Positions 1 to 7,923 of a DNA stretch of 32,000 bases are shown piece after piece (positions within the stretch are counted from its first letter, which is position 1; every line of letters begins with the position of its first letter). This DNA comes from Clostridia bacterium (GTDB lineage Bacteria > Bacillota > Clostridia > TANB77 > RGIG9151). Location of the stretch: the NCBI GenBank assembly GCA_017934955.1, contig JAGBIO010000012.1, positions 12,691 through 44,690 of the forward strand, given 5' to 3'. Position numbers and translations under genes: made by a program. The notes below the pieces were generated by a model, which was given only the letters and a program-made list of their open reading frames with translations, did no database searches and was not told the origin of the DNA.

Positions 1-183
1 CTGTTCCGAAATTTATCGAACAGAGTTGCAGAGCTCATTAAGGAAGATATTGAATTGATGGGTCCTGTTAGAGTAAGAGATGTTGAAAAAGCGCAGGATG
101 ATATTGTTCTTAAGATCAGAGACTTAGAGAAAACAGGTGAAATTGTAATTAACAGAGGCGGAGAGGATGAGGTCTTTGTCTAA
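1..183 (+). CDS. fliG: Flagellar motor switch protein FliG, C-terminal fragment (gene starts upstream of the window)
   Basis: Frame +1 is open from the window edge to TAA at 181-183. The translation ...ELMGPVRVRDVEKAQDDIVLKIRDLEKTGEIVINRGGEDEVFV matches the conserved FliG C-terminus. It is followed by fliH-fliI-fliJ. Confidence 0.85.
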   Translation: MFRNLSNRVAELIKEDIELMGPVRVRDVEKAQDDIVLKIRDLEKTGEIVINRGGEDEVFV

Positions 184-934
184 TTTGATAAAATCGGGTA
201 GAGTCGAAATCGGTGTACCGGTAAAGGTTGGCTTGTCTTCTTATAAAATGGGGTCTGTCGGGAAAGTGATTCATCCGAAGCCGGAAGTGTCACAATGCGA
301 TGAGAAAACACTGCAGGATATAGGTCAAGAAGCCCAAACGATAGAATCTTCGCGGGAAGAGATTTTGCAAAAATACTTAAAAGAAGCAGAGGAAAAGGCG
401 GCAAGTTATTATCAAGAGGAAATGGAAAAAGCATATAATGAAGGGCTAAAAAGCGCTGAGATTGAGGCAAATGAACTTTTGGAATCGGCGAAAAAGAAAT
501 ATGATGAGATTTTAGAAGAAGCACTGAAAATAAAAGAAGAAGCCGCGCAGGACTATAAGGAGACTATTAAAAGTGCCGAAAAAGAAGTGATTGAACTTTC
601 TGTTTATATTGCAGAAAAAATCATCAACACAGAAGTAAACAAAGGCGACGATTATATCATTAACATCATTAGAGATGCGATGGAACGAGTCGTTTCGAAG
701 GATGACGTCATTTTGAAACTTTGTCCGGAAGATTATATTACCGTTACGTCGAACAAAAAGTATTGGATGACAAAAATCAAGGGACTTGGGGAGATTACAA
801 TTGAGGAGGATTCCTCTATGGAGCCGGGTGGTTGTATTATCGATACGCCTTATGGAACGATGGATGCCGGAATGAAAGTGAGAATGGAGAAAATACAAAA
901 AGCAATTATGGAATTAATAGAAAAAGAGGCATAG
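167..934 (+). CDS. fliH: Flagellar assembly protein FliH (FliH/SctL family)
   Basis: 255-aa ORF between fliG and fliI. It has a Glu/Lys-rich coiled-coil centre and a C-terminal GGCIIDTPYGTMDAGMKVRMEKI typical of FliH. The start overlaps the fliG stop by 17 nt, and alternative in-frame TTG starts at 176 or 185 are possible. Confidence 0.75.
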   Translation: MRSLSNLIKSGRVEIGVPVKVGLSSYKMGSVGKVIHPKPEVSQCDEKTLQDIGQEAQTIESSREEILQKYLKEAEEKAASYYQEEMEKAYNEGLKSAEIEANELLESAKKKYDEILEEALKIKEEAAQDYKETIKSAEKEVIELSVYIAEKIINTEVNKGDDYIINIIRDAMERVVSKDDVILKLCPEDYITVTSNKKYWMTKIKGLGEITIEEDSSMEPGGCIIDTPYGTMDAGMKVRMEKIQKAIMELIEKEA

Positions 935-1006
935 AAAAGGCGGTCATTCTAAGACCTTATATGGTTGGTTATGACCGCTTTTACCAATTAGGAGGGAGTT
1001 GAGAAA

Positions 1007-2323
1007 ATGGCTATTGATATCACAAAATATAAAGCGGCGATTGATGCGGTGAAGCCGGTTGACTATTTGGGCCATATTTCTCAAATCGTTGGTCTTACAA
1101 TTCAATCGAAAGGTCCGCAGGTAAGTATCGGGGAAATTTGTAAAATTCAGACTCCGGACCGGGAAGTGGAGACGGAAGTGGTGGGTTTTAAGGACTCTCA
1201 CGTTCTATTGATGCCGCTTTCCGATATGCAGGGAATCGGACCGGGACAACTTGTTTATGCTACCGGAGAAATTCTTTCGGTAAAGGTTGGTCCGCAATTG
1301 ATGGGAAGAGCGTTAAACGGGTTGGGAAAACCGATGGATGGAAAACCGGATTTGGAATCCGATGAGCTTTATCCGGTACAAAACGATCCTCCTTCTCCAC
1401 TTTCTCGAAAGCGAATCAGGGAACCGCTTTCGATGGGAGTAAAAGTAATCGATGGTTTGTTAACAATTGGAAAAGGGCAGAGAGTCGGGATCTTTGCGGG
1501 AAGCGGTGTCGGAAAAAGTACGCTTTTAGGAATGATTGCGAGAAATACAAAGGCAGATATCAACGTAATTGCCTTAATCGGAGAACGTGGCAGAGAGGTA
1601 AAGGAATTTATCGAAAAAGATTTAAAAGAAGAAGGATTGGCCCGTTCCGTTGTTATTACAGCGACTTCCGATCAACCGGCATTGGTAAGAGTAAAAGCAG
1701 CATTTTTGGCGACTGCGATTGCGGAATATTTTCGTGACCAAGGAAGAGATGTTATGTTGATGATGGATTCTTTAACGAGATTTTCCATGGCACAAAGAGA
1801 AATCGGATTGGCTACCGGTGAGCCTCCGGTATCGCGAGGATACACTCCGTCGGTGTTTTCCATGATGCCGAAATTATTAGAACGTGCGGGAAATTCCGAT
1901 AAGGGTTCTATTACAGGGCTATATACCGTGTTGGTGGATGGTGACGATTTAACCGAACCGATTACAGATACGGCGAGAGGTATTTTAGATGGACATATTG
2001 TTTTATCTCGAAAGATTGCCAATAAGAATCATTATCCGGCAATTGATGTACTTGCCAGCATCAGTCGTGTTATGGGGGATGTAACGACTATGGAACATCG
2101 CCAAACGGCGGGGCATATTAAAGGGCTACTTGCGACTTATAAAGAGGCAGAGGATTTGATTAATATCGGTGCTTATGTGAAAGGAAGCAATAAAGATATT
2201 GATTTGGCAGTATCGAAGATTGATAAAATTAATCAGTTTTTAAGACAGAGAACGGAAGAAAACATCAGCTTTGAAGATACCATAAAGATGATGGAGGAAA
2301 TCGCCGGAGTAGAGAGTAATTAG
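1007..2323 (+). CDS. fliI: Flagellum-specific ATPase FliI
   Basis: 438 aa with Walker A GSGVGKST and Walker B-like VMLMMDSLTR, showing F1/T3SS ATPase-type similarity throughout. RBS AGGAGGGAG lies upstream. The position after fliH is canonical. Confidence 0.95.
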   Translation: MAIDITKYKAAIDAVKPVDYLGHISQIVGLTIQSKGPQVSIGEICKIQTPDREVETEVVGFKDSHVLLMPLSDMQGIGPGQLVYATGEILSVKVGPQLMGRALNGLGKPMDGKPDLESDELYPVQNDPPSPLSRKRIREPLSMGVKVIDGLLTIGKGQRVGIFAGSGVGKSTLLGMIARNTKADINVIALIGERGREVKEFIEKDLKEEGLARSVVITATSDQPALVRVKAAFLATAIAEYFRDQGRDVMLMMDSLTRFSMAQREIGLATGEPPVSRGYTPSVFSMMPKLLERAGNSDKGSITGLYTVLVDGDDLTEPITDTARGILDGHIVLSRKIANKNHYPAIDVLASISRVMGDVTTMEHRQTAGHIKGLLATYKEAEDLINIGAYVKGSNKDIDLAVSKIDKINQFLRQRTEENISFEDTIKMMEEIAGVESN

Positions 2324-2337
2324 CGGAGGTGTTACAA

Positions 2338-2799
2338 ATGGCATTCCAATTCCGCTTTCAATCGATATTAGATGTAAAAATCAGATTGGAAGATTTAAAA
2401 AAGGCGAAGTTTGGAGAAGCAAATGAAGAATTAAGAATACAAACCGAGAAATTATCAGTGCTGGTAAACGAACAAAACTTTCAATATGAATCGATGAAGG
2501 AAAAGAATAAAAAAGGGGTTACGCCGAAGGACCTTATCGTGTACAATAATTATATGAATCGCTTGAAACAGGCTATAGAAATTCAGAAAAAGGTAATAGA
2601 GAAGGCGAAAGACGCGGTGGAATTTGCCAGAAGAGAGTTGGTAGAAGCCGCAAAAGAGAGAAAGAAATTTGAAACTTTGAAAGAAAAGAAGTTAGAGGAA
2701 TACTGGGAAGAATATTATAAAAAAGAGCAAACAGCGTTGGATGAGATAGTTAGTTATAAGTATAACGGAGGTGTCGCGGATGGAAGCAGCGAAGGATAA
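2338..2799 (+). CDS. fliJ: Flagellar export chaperone FliJ
   Basis: About 150-aa all-helical protein (FRFQSILDVKIRLEDLKKAKF...) immediately after fliI. ATG 2338 sits 8 nt after GGAGG (2325-2329), so it is preferred over the GTG at 2329 in the ORF track. Confidence 0.7.
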   Translation: MAFQFRFQSILDVKIRLEDLKKAKFGEANEELRIQTEKLSVLVNEQNFQYESMKEKNKKGVTPKDLIVYNNYMNRLKQAIEIQKKVIEKAKDAVEFARRELVEAAKERKKFETLKEKKLEEYWEEYYKKEQTALDEIVSYKYNGGVADGSSEG

Positions 2800-3412
2800 T
2801 GAAGAAAAGAAGAGTTCAAAAGGAATTATTATTGTTGCTGTTTTACTTGCGCTTGCTATTGCGGTTGGGACGTGGATTTATTTGATAAAGAGTAATCGAT
2901 TTTTCGGATTAGGGGAACTGATGAGACCACATTTGAAGGATACTCCGATTCTATGTATGTTACTTCCGGAAGTGAAAGATGAGAGTGATCCGACTTTATT
3001 TGACAGAGAAACCTTAAATCAGAAATATACAGAACTTTTAAATGAGAATATTGATTTGCATAAACGAGTAACCGAATTGGAACAGAACGCAGCGGATTAT
3101 ACAGAGTTGGAAAAAAAGTATAAAATTGTGGTAAATGAAGTGGAAAATTTGACAAAAGAATTGGCTAAAAAACAAGAAGCAGAAAAAGTAACAGAGGATA
3201 CGTCAGAGGAAGAAAAATTAAAAAATCTTGTAAAAGTGTATGAAAGTATGGAAGCAGCAGACGCAGCTAAAATTTTAGAGGGAATGGGAGAATTAAATAT
3301 TTCTTTGGTGGTAGATATCTGTAAAGCAATGAAAACAGCGAAATTTTCAGAATTAATGGCGGAATTTGATACCGATTTTGCAGCGATACTAAGCGAACGA
3401 ATGGTGCAATAA
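2780..3412 (+). CDS. MotE/YlxF-like flagellar operon protein (N-terminal TM helix, coiled coil, MgtE_N-like C-terminal region)
   Basis: Has a TM segment IIIVAVLLALAIAVGTWIYLI, a coiled coil, and a C-terminal ...VYESMEAADAAKILEGMGELNISLVVDICKAMKTAKFSELMAEF resembling the MgtE intracellular N domain of YlxF/MotE proteins. It occupies the position after fliJ, as ylxF does in Bacillus. ATG 2780 is preceded by the GGAGGTG RBS and overlaps the fliJ end. Confidence 0.55.
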   Translation: MEAAKDNEEKKSSKGIIIVAVLLALAIAVGTWIYLIKSNRFFGLGELMRPHLKDTPILCMLLPEVKDESDPTLFDRETLNQKYTELLNENIDLHKRVTELEQNAADYTELEKKYKIVVNEVENLTKELAKKQEAEKVTEDTSEEEKLKNLVKVYESMEAADAAKILEGMGELNISLVVDICKAMKTAKFSELMAEFDTDFAAILSERMVQ

Positions 3413-3416
3413 TATC

Positions 3417-3593
3417 GTAGGGACACAATTTATTGTGTCCTAATTTTAATGTCTGATTATTTTCCGGAAACAAAAATGGCACAATCATTGTAGGGACAGC
3501 ATTCATGCTGTCCACAGAAAAGGCAGGACAGCATAAATGCTGTCCCTACAAAGGTCGTGTAGTAATATCGTAGGGACACAATTTATCGTGTCC
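3417..3593. repeat. REP-like cluster A: CA-variant hairpin, REPIN-like inverted doublet, CA-variant hairpin
   Basis: - GTAGGGACACAATTTATTGTGTCC at 3417-3440.
- GTAGGGACAGCATTCATGCTGTCC-ACAGAAAAGGCA-GGACAGCATAAATGCTGTCCCTAC at 3490-3549.
- GTAGGGACACAATTTATCGTGTCC at 3570-3593.
- The 23-bp direct repeat AATATCGTAGGGACACAATTTAT occurs at 3411 and 3564. Confidence 0.9.
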
Positions 3594-3606
3594 ACAGAAT
3601 ATTTTC

Positions 3607-3843
3607 TTATCCCATGTCTTTACAATAGTCAAAAATTAAAGCACCGATACAAATTTCAGCAATTGCAATAAAAACAGAACTTGCTAACTCTCTGCCTAAA
3701 AACAGATTATAGTTGTTGGTTGAAGTATATAATAAGATATTCGCAACAACCAATAAAATAAGGCAAACAGATAATCCGTATTTTAAAATGTACTTTGAGA
3801 TTTTACTCATGTTTGATATCTTTTTTTGCATTTTTTCTTTCAT
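3607..3843 (-). CDS. Small hypothetical membrane protein (about 78 aa, two predicted TM helices)
   Basis: The internal ATG at 3843 is preceded by a GGGGATGG RBS. It has hydrophobic segments YGLSVCLILLVVANILLY and SSVFIAIAEICIGALIF. No family was recognised, and the longer 115-aa version in the track lacks an RBS. Confidence 0.4.
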   Translation of the reverse strand: MKEKMQKKISNMSKISKYILKYGLSVCLILLVVANILLYTSTNNYNLFLGRELASSVFIAIAEICIGALIFDYCKDMG

Positions 3844-4026
3844 TTGACCATCCCCGTTTTTGTAATAATTTTGAAGAAGAAAAAGATGGTAAAGAATCTT
3901 CGAAACTCTTACCTTCTTGGTAATATTGTACCATAGGGGGCCCCGTTCCCGCAAATGTAATTATAGCCTATAAAACCATAAAATGGTTCAGTCTTTGGTA
4001 TAAAGGGCAAAAAAAAATAGCCTAAG

Positions 4027-4260
4027 CTATTTTTGTTTTTTGATTGCATTTTTTAACATATCCAAAGCCTGCATTTGAACTTCTGCCGCTCTTTGGTTTT
4101 CCTCCATCATTTCGATATACACTTCCTTACGGAATACTTTAACATCCTTTGGAGCGTTAATACCAACCCTTACTTGATCTCCCTGAATGTCAATAACCGT
4201 TATCTCTATATTATCATTCACAACAATAGATTGGTTTCTCTTTCTGGTTAAAACAAGCAT
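4027..4260 (-). CDS. csrA: Carbon storage regulator CsrA (translational regulator)
   Basis: MLVLTRKRNQSIVVNDNIEITVIDIQGDQVRVGINAPKDVKVFRKEVY is a near-canonical CsrA sequence. It lies directly downstream of fliW, as in Firmicutes. Confidence 0.95.
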   Translation of the reverse strand: MLVLTRKRNQSIVVNDNIEITVIDIQGDQVRVGINAPKDVKVFRKEVYIEMMEENQRAAEVQMQALDMLKNAIKKQK

Positions 4261-4272
4261 TTTCCCATCCTC

Positions 4273-4716
4273 CTATGCTTTTACAAATTCCTCTGTGATA
4301 ATATGTTTGAATTTATATTTATCACTCTCTTGTACTACCTGACAGCCTCTGTTTTCCTTTGCGTTAATAATCACCGGTGCTTTTAAATTGATTGATATTT
4401 TTTGAATATCCTGAGGTACTGTTACGATACAGTAGATAAGAGCATCGTTTGGATCTGTTATCTTTAGCATATTTGCTGTAAATGTATCAATTTCAGCTTC
4501 ATAGTCCGGAACTAAATCGCGAGGGTCCATAATTACAAATGCTAAATTTGGATTTTGAACGGATTGAAGCCAGAAAAACGGATCATCTTCCGCATCGGTT
4601 TTGCCTAAAATAACAAACTTCGTCATATTTTCAAAACCGGGTACTCCATACTCAAAAAATATAATGTCATCATCCTTGATTTCTACCTCTCCAAAGTTTT
4701 TTGTATTCAGTAACAT
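4273..4716 (-). CDS. fliW: Flagellar assembly factor FliW (CsrA antagonist)
   Basis: 147 aa with ...IIFFEYGVPGFENMTKFVIL...DPFFWLQSVQNPNLAFVIMDP, typical of FliW. RBS GGGAGGAAAG. Paired with csrA. Confidence 0.9.
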   Translation of the reverse strand: MLLNTKNFGEVEIKDDDIIFFEYGVPGFENMTKFVILGKTDAEDDPFFWLQSVQNPNLAFVIMDPRDLVPDYEAEIDTFTANMLKITDPNDALIYCIVTVPQDIQKISINLKAPVIINAKENRGCQVVQESDKYKFKHIITEEFVKA

Positions 4717-4813
4717 ACTTCTTTCCTCCCTAATAAACGTAGTTCCTTTTAGTATTGGCAGAAACTTATATTTTTAATCTATAATAATAATTTATAAATG
4801 TCAACTATTTTTC

Positions 4814-4842
4814 TTGCATTTATTTTCATTATGTGGTAGAAT
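4814..4842 (+). promoter_or_regulatory. SigmaA-type promoter of rpsT
   Basis: TTGCAT (4814-4819), a 17-nt spacer, then TAGAAT (4837-4842). It lies about 58 nt upstream of the TTG start. Confidence 0.65.
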
Positions 4843-4899
4843 ATAGGCTGTTAGAAAGTGTAATAAACGCACTGTTCGTTTTAATAGGGGGTGAACAAT

Positions 4900-5166
4900 T
4901 TGCCAAACATTAAATCAGCGAAAAAAAGAGTAGAGGTAGCAAAAGTAAATGCTGCAAGAAATGCTGCTGTGAAAACTTCTGTAAAGACTTCTTTAAAGAA
5001 ATTTGATGAATCATTGAATTCTAACGATAAAGATACAATGAAAGCTGCATACTCCGCTGCCGTAAGTAGTGTTGATCAGGCAGTTTCAAAGGGTGTTATG
5101 AAGAAAAATACAGCAAACAATAAAAAAGCATCGCTTGGTAAGAAATATACAGAAGCTACCAAGTAA
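4900..5166 (+). CDS. rpsT: 30S ribosomal protein S20
   Basis: A TTG start at 4900 gives MPNIKSAKKRVEVAKVNAARNAA..., the canonical S20 N-terminus. RBS AGGGGGTG lies 8 nt upstream. The track start (GTG 4891) adds 3 residues. Confidence 0.9.
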   Translation: MPNIKSAKKRVEVAKVNAARNAAVKTSVKTSLKKFDESLNSNDKDTMKAAYSAAVSSVDQAVSKGVMKKNTANNKKASLGKKYTEATK

Positions 5167-5174
5167 GAAAAAAC

Positions 5175-5200
5175 AGAGTCGAAGACGGCTCTTTTTTTTT
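5175..5200 (+). terminator. Intrinsic terminator of rpsT
   Basis: AGAGTCG / CGGCTCT stem (one G-U pair), loop AAGA, then a run of 9 T. Confidence 0.8.
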
Positions 5201-5202
5201 AC

Positions 5203-5464
5203 GTTACAGGTCAGACTCAATAATTTTGTATCTTTCAAAAAATATCGTCAAAATGCGGTTTGTACGGACACAATTTATTGTGTCCTGATTCTAATATCAG
5301 GCTATTTCGTGGACACAATAAATTGTGTCCCTACGGTATCAGTGGAAAGTCATTTGTACGGACAGCATTCATGCTGTCCTGCTTTCTGCCTATTCTGTGG
5401 ACAGCATAAATGCTGTCCCTACAGTGTTCGTAATATTTTTATAATTTTAAGTCTGCCCGATAAG
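5203..5464. mobile_element. Composite MITE-like element B carrying two REPIN-like doublets (one CA-variant, one GC-type)
   Basis: The left end is GTTACAGGTCAGAC (5203-5216). Hairpins lie at 5262-5285, 5311-5334 (CA variant), 5356-5379 and 5399-5422. The right end AAGTCTGCCCGATAAG (5449-5464) is degenerate relative to GTCTGACCTGTAAC. Confidence 0.7.
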
Positions 5465-5492
5465 TTTTACTGTTTTTCAATTGACAGAACCG

Positions 5493-5522
5493 TTGACAAA
5501 TTACTTAAAATTTTAGTACAAT
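5493..5522 (+). promoter_or_regulatory. SigmaA-type promoter of glgB
   Basis: TTGACA (5493-5498), an 18-nt spacer, then TACAAT (5517-5522). A second TTGACA lies at 5481-5486. Confidence 0.55.
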
Positions 5523-5574
5523 TTAAACATTGGAAAAACAACGCAGACAAAAGAAAAATTGGAGGAATTTACGA

Positions 5575-7782
5575 ATGAGAACGAATGGAAAAATAGAAGA
5601 AATTTATAAGGTGATGAAAGGAGAACATAAAGATCCGTTTTCGGTTTTGGGAATGCACGTGGAAACTTCCGGAAAAAAGAAATGTGTGACGGTTCGTGCT
5701 TACTTACCTTTTGCGAAGCAGTGCTATCTAATTGATTTAGAGGCAAATGAAAAGAGAGAAATGGAATTAATCGATGAAGCCGGTTTCTTTGAACTCATTA
5801 TGCCGGATAAAAAAGACATGTTTTCTTATAAACTGATGACCTTGGATAATTACGGTGTTTCCTACACCTTTTACGATCCGTATTCTTTTTGGCCGGTTAT
5901 TACGGATTATGATTTATATTTATTTAACGAAGGAAAGAATGAAAGGATTTTTGATAAATTAGGGGCTCATATTATGACGGTAAATGGCGTTACCGGTGTT
6001 CTTTTTGCGGTTTGGGCGCCTTCTGCAAAACGTGTTAGCGTTGTCGGAAACTTTAACGGTTGGGATGGCAGACGTTATCAGATGAGAATGAGAGGTTCTT
6101 CCGGTGTTTGGGAAATCTTTATTCCGGAATTGGGAGAATGGGAATATTATAAATATGAAATTAAAGCACAAAATAACGATGTTTTCTTAAAAGCAGATCC
6201 GTATGGCTATTATGCGGAATTAAAGCCGAAAACGGCTTCGATTGTGTTTAATCTTGACAAATACCAATGGCATGATGAGGAGTGGTTGAAAAATCGTGCG
6301 ATGGGAGACAATACGAAAAAGCCGATGTCGATTTATGAATTGCATTTCGGTTCCTGGATGAAGCCGGTACATAATGATGAGGAATCTTACTTCAATTATC
6401 GGGAGTTGGCGGAAAGAATCATCCCGTATGTGAAGGAAATGAATTACACTCATATTGAAGTAATGCCGGTAGCGGAGCATCCGTTTGACGGTTCTTGGGG
6501 GTATCAGGTTGGCGGTTATTATGCGGCGACAAGCCGTTACGGGACGCCGGAAGATTTTATGTACTTTGTGGATAAATGTCATGAGGCAGGAATCGGTCTT
6601 ATCGTGGACTGGGTTCCGGCACATTTTCCGAAGGATGCACATGGGCTGGCTAAGTTTGACGGTACGGCGTTGTATGAACATGCCGATCCGAGACAGGGAG
6701 AACATCCGGATTGGGGAACGTTGATTTTCAATTTCGGAAGAAATGAAGTAAAGAACTTCTTAATTGCAAATGCTTTGTTCTGGTTTGAAAAGTATCACAT
6801 CGACGGATTGAGAGTGGATGCGGTTGCGTCGATGCTGTATTTGGATTACGGTAAAAAAGACGGAGAATGGATTCCGAATAAGTGGGGCGGCAGAGAGAAT
6901 ATCGAAGCAGTAGAGTTTTTGAAAGAGTTAAATAAAGAAGTATATGGAAAATTTCCGGGGGCTTTGATGGTTGCGGAAGAATCGACTTCTTGGGCACTTG
7001 TAACGAAACCGACGTATATCGGTGGTTTGGGATTCGGATTTAAGTGGAATATGGGCTGGATGAATGATTTCTTAAGGTATATGAGTATGGATCCGATTTA
7101 CCGGAAGTATCATCATACCAATATTACGTTCTCAATGTGGTATGCGTATTCCGAAAACTTTATTTTGGTATTGTCGCATGATGAAGTTGTGCATGGAAAG
7201 TGTTCAATGCTTAGTAAAATGCCGGGAGATTATTGGCAGAAGTTCGCAAACTTACGTACTGCTTACGGCTTTATGTACGGACATCCGGGGAAAAAATTGA
7301 TGTTTATGGGAGATGAATTCGGTCAATTTATCGAATGGAATTATCATCAAGGCTTGGATTGGCATTTATTGGAATATGATATGCACAAAAAGATGCAGAC
7401 CTATGTAAAAGATTTGAATACATTATATAAAGAAAATAAAGCACTTTGGGAATTGGATTGCAGTGAGCGTGGCTTTGAGTGGATTGATTGTCATGATGCC
7501 GAGAGAAGTGTGGTTTCTTTCTTGAGAAGAGATGAGGAAGGCAATGAATTGATTTTTGTTTGTAACTTTACGCCGGTGAAATACGAAGGATACCGTGTTG
7601 GTGTTCCAAGCAGAGGTTTCTTTAGAGAAATCTTTAACAGCGATTCCGAGAAATACGGCGGAAGTAATGCCGGAAACGGAGAAGGACTGTGGGCTGATGA
7701 TACCGCATGGCACGGTCGTTTGAATTCAATTGTGATGACGGTACCGCCATTGGCGACGGTTGTGTTTAAGAAAGATAAGTAA
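5575..7782 (+). CDS. glgB: 1,4-alpha-glucan branching enzyme GlgB (GH13)
   Basis: Full-length similarity to GlgB, including FAVWAPSAKRVSVVGNFNGWDG, GIGLIVDWVPAHFPKD, DGLRVDAVASMLY, MVAEESTSW and VLSHDEVVHGK. ATG 5575 follows GGAGGA, and the upstream in-frame extension in the track runs into the promoter. Confidence 0.95.
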   Translation: MRTNGKIEEIYKVMKGEHKDPFSVLGMHVETSGKKKCVTVRAYLPFAKQCYLIDLEANEKREMELIDEAGFFELIMPDKKDMFSYKLMTLDNYGVSYTFYDPYSFWPVITDYDLYLFNEGKNERIFDKLGAHIMTVNGVTGVLFAVWAPSAKRVSVVGNFNGWDGRRYQMRMRGSSGVWEIFIPELGEWEYYKYEIKAQNNDVFLKADPYGYYAELKPKTASIVFNLDKYQWHDEEWLKNRAMGDNTKKPMSIYELHFGSWMKPVHNDEESYFNYRELAERIIPYVKEMNYTHIEVMPVAEHPFDGSWGYQVGGYYAATSRYGTPEDFMYFVDKCHEAGIGLIVDWVPAHFPKDAHGLAKFDGTALYEHADPRQGEHPDWGTLIFNFGRNEVKNFLIANALFWFEKYHIDGLRVDAVASMLYLDYGKKDGEWIPNKWGGRENIEAVEFLKELNKEVYGKFPGALMVAEESTSWALVTKPTYIGGLGFGFKWNMGWMNDFLRYMSMDPIYRKYHHTNITFSMWYAYSENFILVLSHDEVVHGKCSMLSKMPGDYWQKFANLRTAYGFMYGHPGKKLMFMGDEFGQFIEWNYHQGLDWHLLEYDMHKKMQTYVKDLNTLYKENKALWELDCSERGFEWIDCHDAERSVVSFLRRDEEGNELIFVCNFTPVKYEGYRVGVPSRGFFREIFNSDSEKYGGSNAGNGEGLWADDTAWHGRLNSIVMTVPPLATVVFKKDK

Positions 7783-7788
7783 AAAGGA

Positions 7789-7917
7789 GGACAGCATGAA
7801 TGCTGTCCGTACAGAGAAATTGTAAACAATTTAACATTTTAAGATAATTATAAAATTGTGAACGATTTAACATTTTGAGATAATTATAAAATTGTAGGGA
7901 CAGCATTTATGCTGTCC
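7789..7917. repeat. REP-like pair C flanking a 2 x 36-bp tandem repeat
   Basis: - GGACAGCATGAATGCTGTCCGTAC at 7789-7812.
- 36-bp units at 7819-7854 and 7855-7890 (ATTGTAAACAATTTAACATTTTAAGATAATTATAAA and a copy with 3 mismatches).
- GTAGGGACAGCATTTATGCTGTCC at 7894-7917. Confidence 0.9.
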
Positions 7918-7923
7918 TTTGGT

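Noticed and set aside
4752-4778. SigmaD/sigma28-like promoter for fliW on the minus strand (TAAA ... GCCAATAC).
   Set aside because: The -10-like box GCCAATAC is a reasonable match to GCCGATAA/T. However, the spacing from TAAA is 13 nt rather than about 15, and the -35 sits in an A-run. This is not enough to call.
5135-5578. 147-aa ORF in the supplied track spanning the rpsT-glgB intergenic region.
   Set aside because: It reads straight through the rpsT terminator and four REP hairpins, which explains peptide strings like CVPTV/CCPYS that recur in other repeat-derived ORFs. It has no RBS. The short ORFs at 3267-3515, 11352-11534, 11414-11668 and 30331-30537 are likewise repeat read-through artefacts.
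7821-7876. cre-like (CcpA) sequences TGTAAACAATTTAACA / TGTGAACGATTTAACA downstream of the glycogen gene glgB.
   Set aside because: They are two nt too long for the TGWNANCGNTNWCA consensus. They lie in a convergent 3' gap rather than near a promoter, and they are simply part of the 36-bp tandem repeat.
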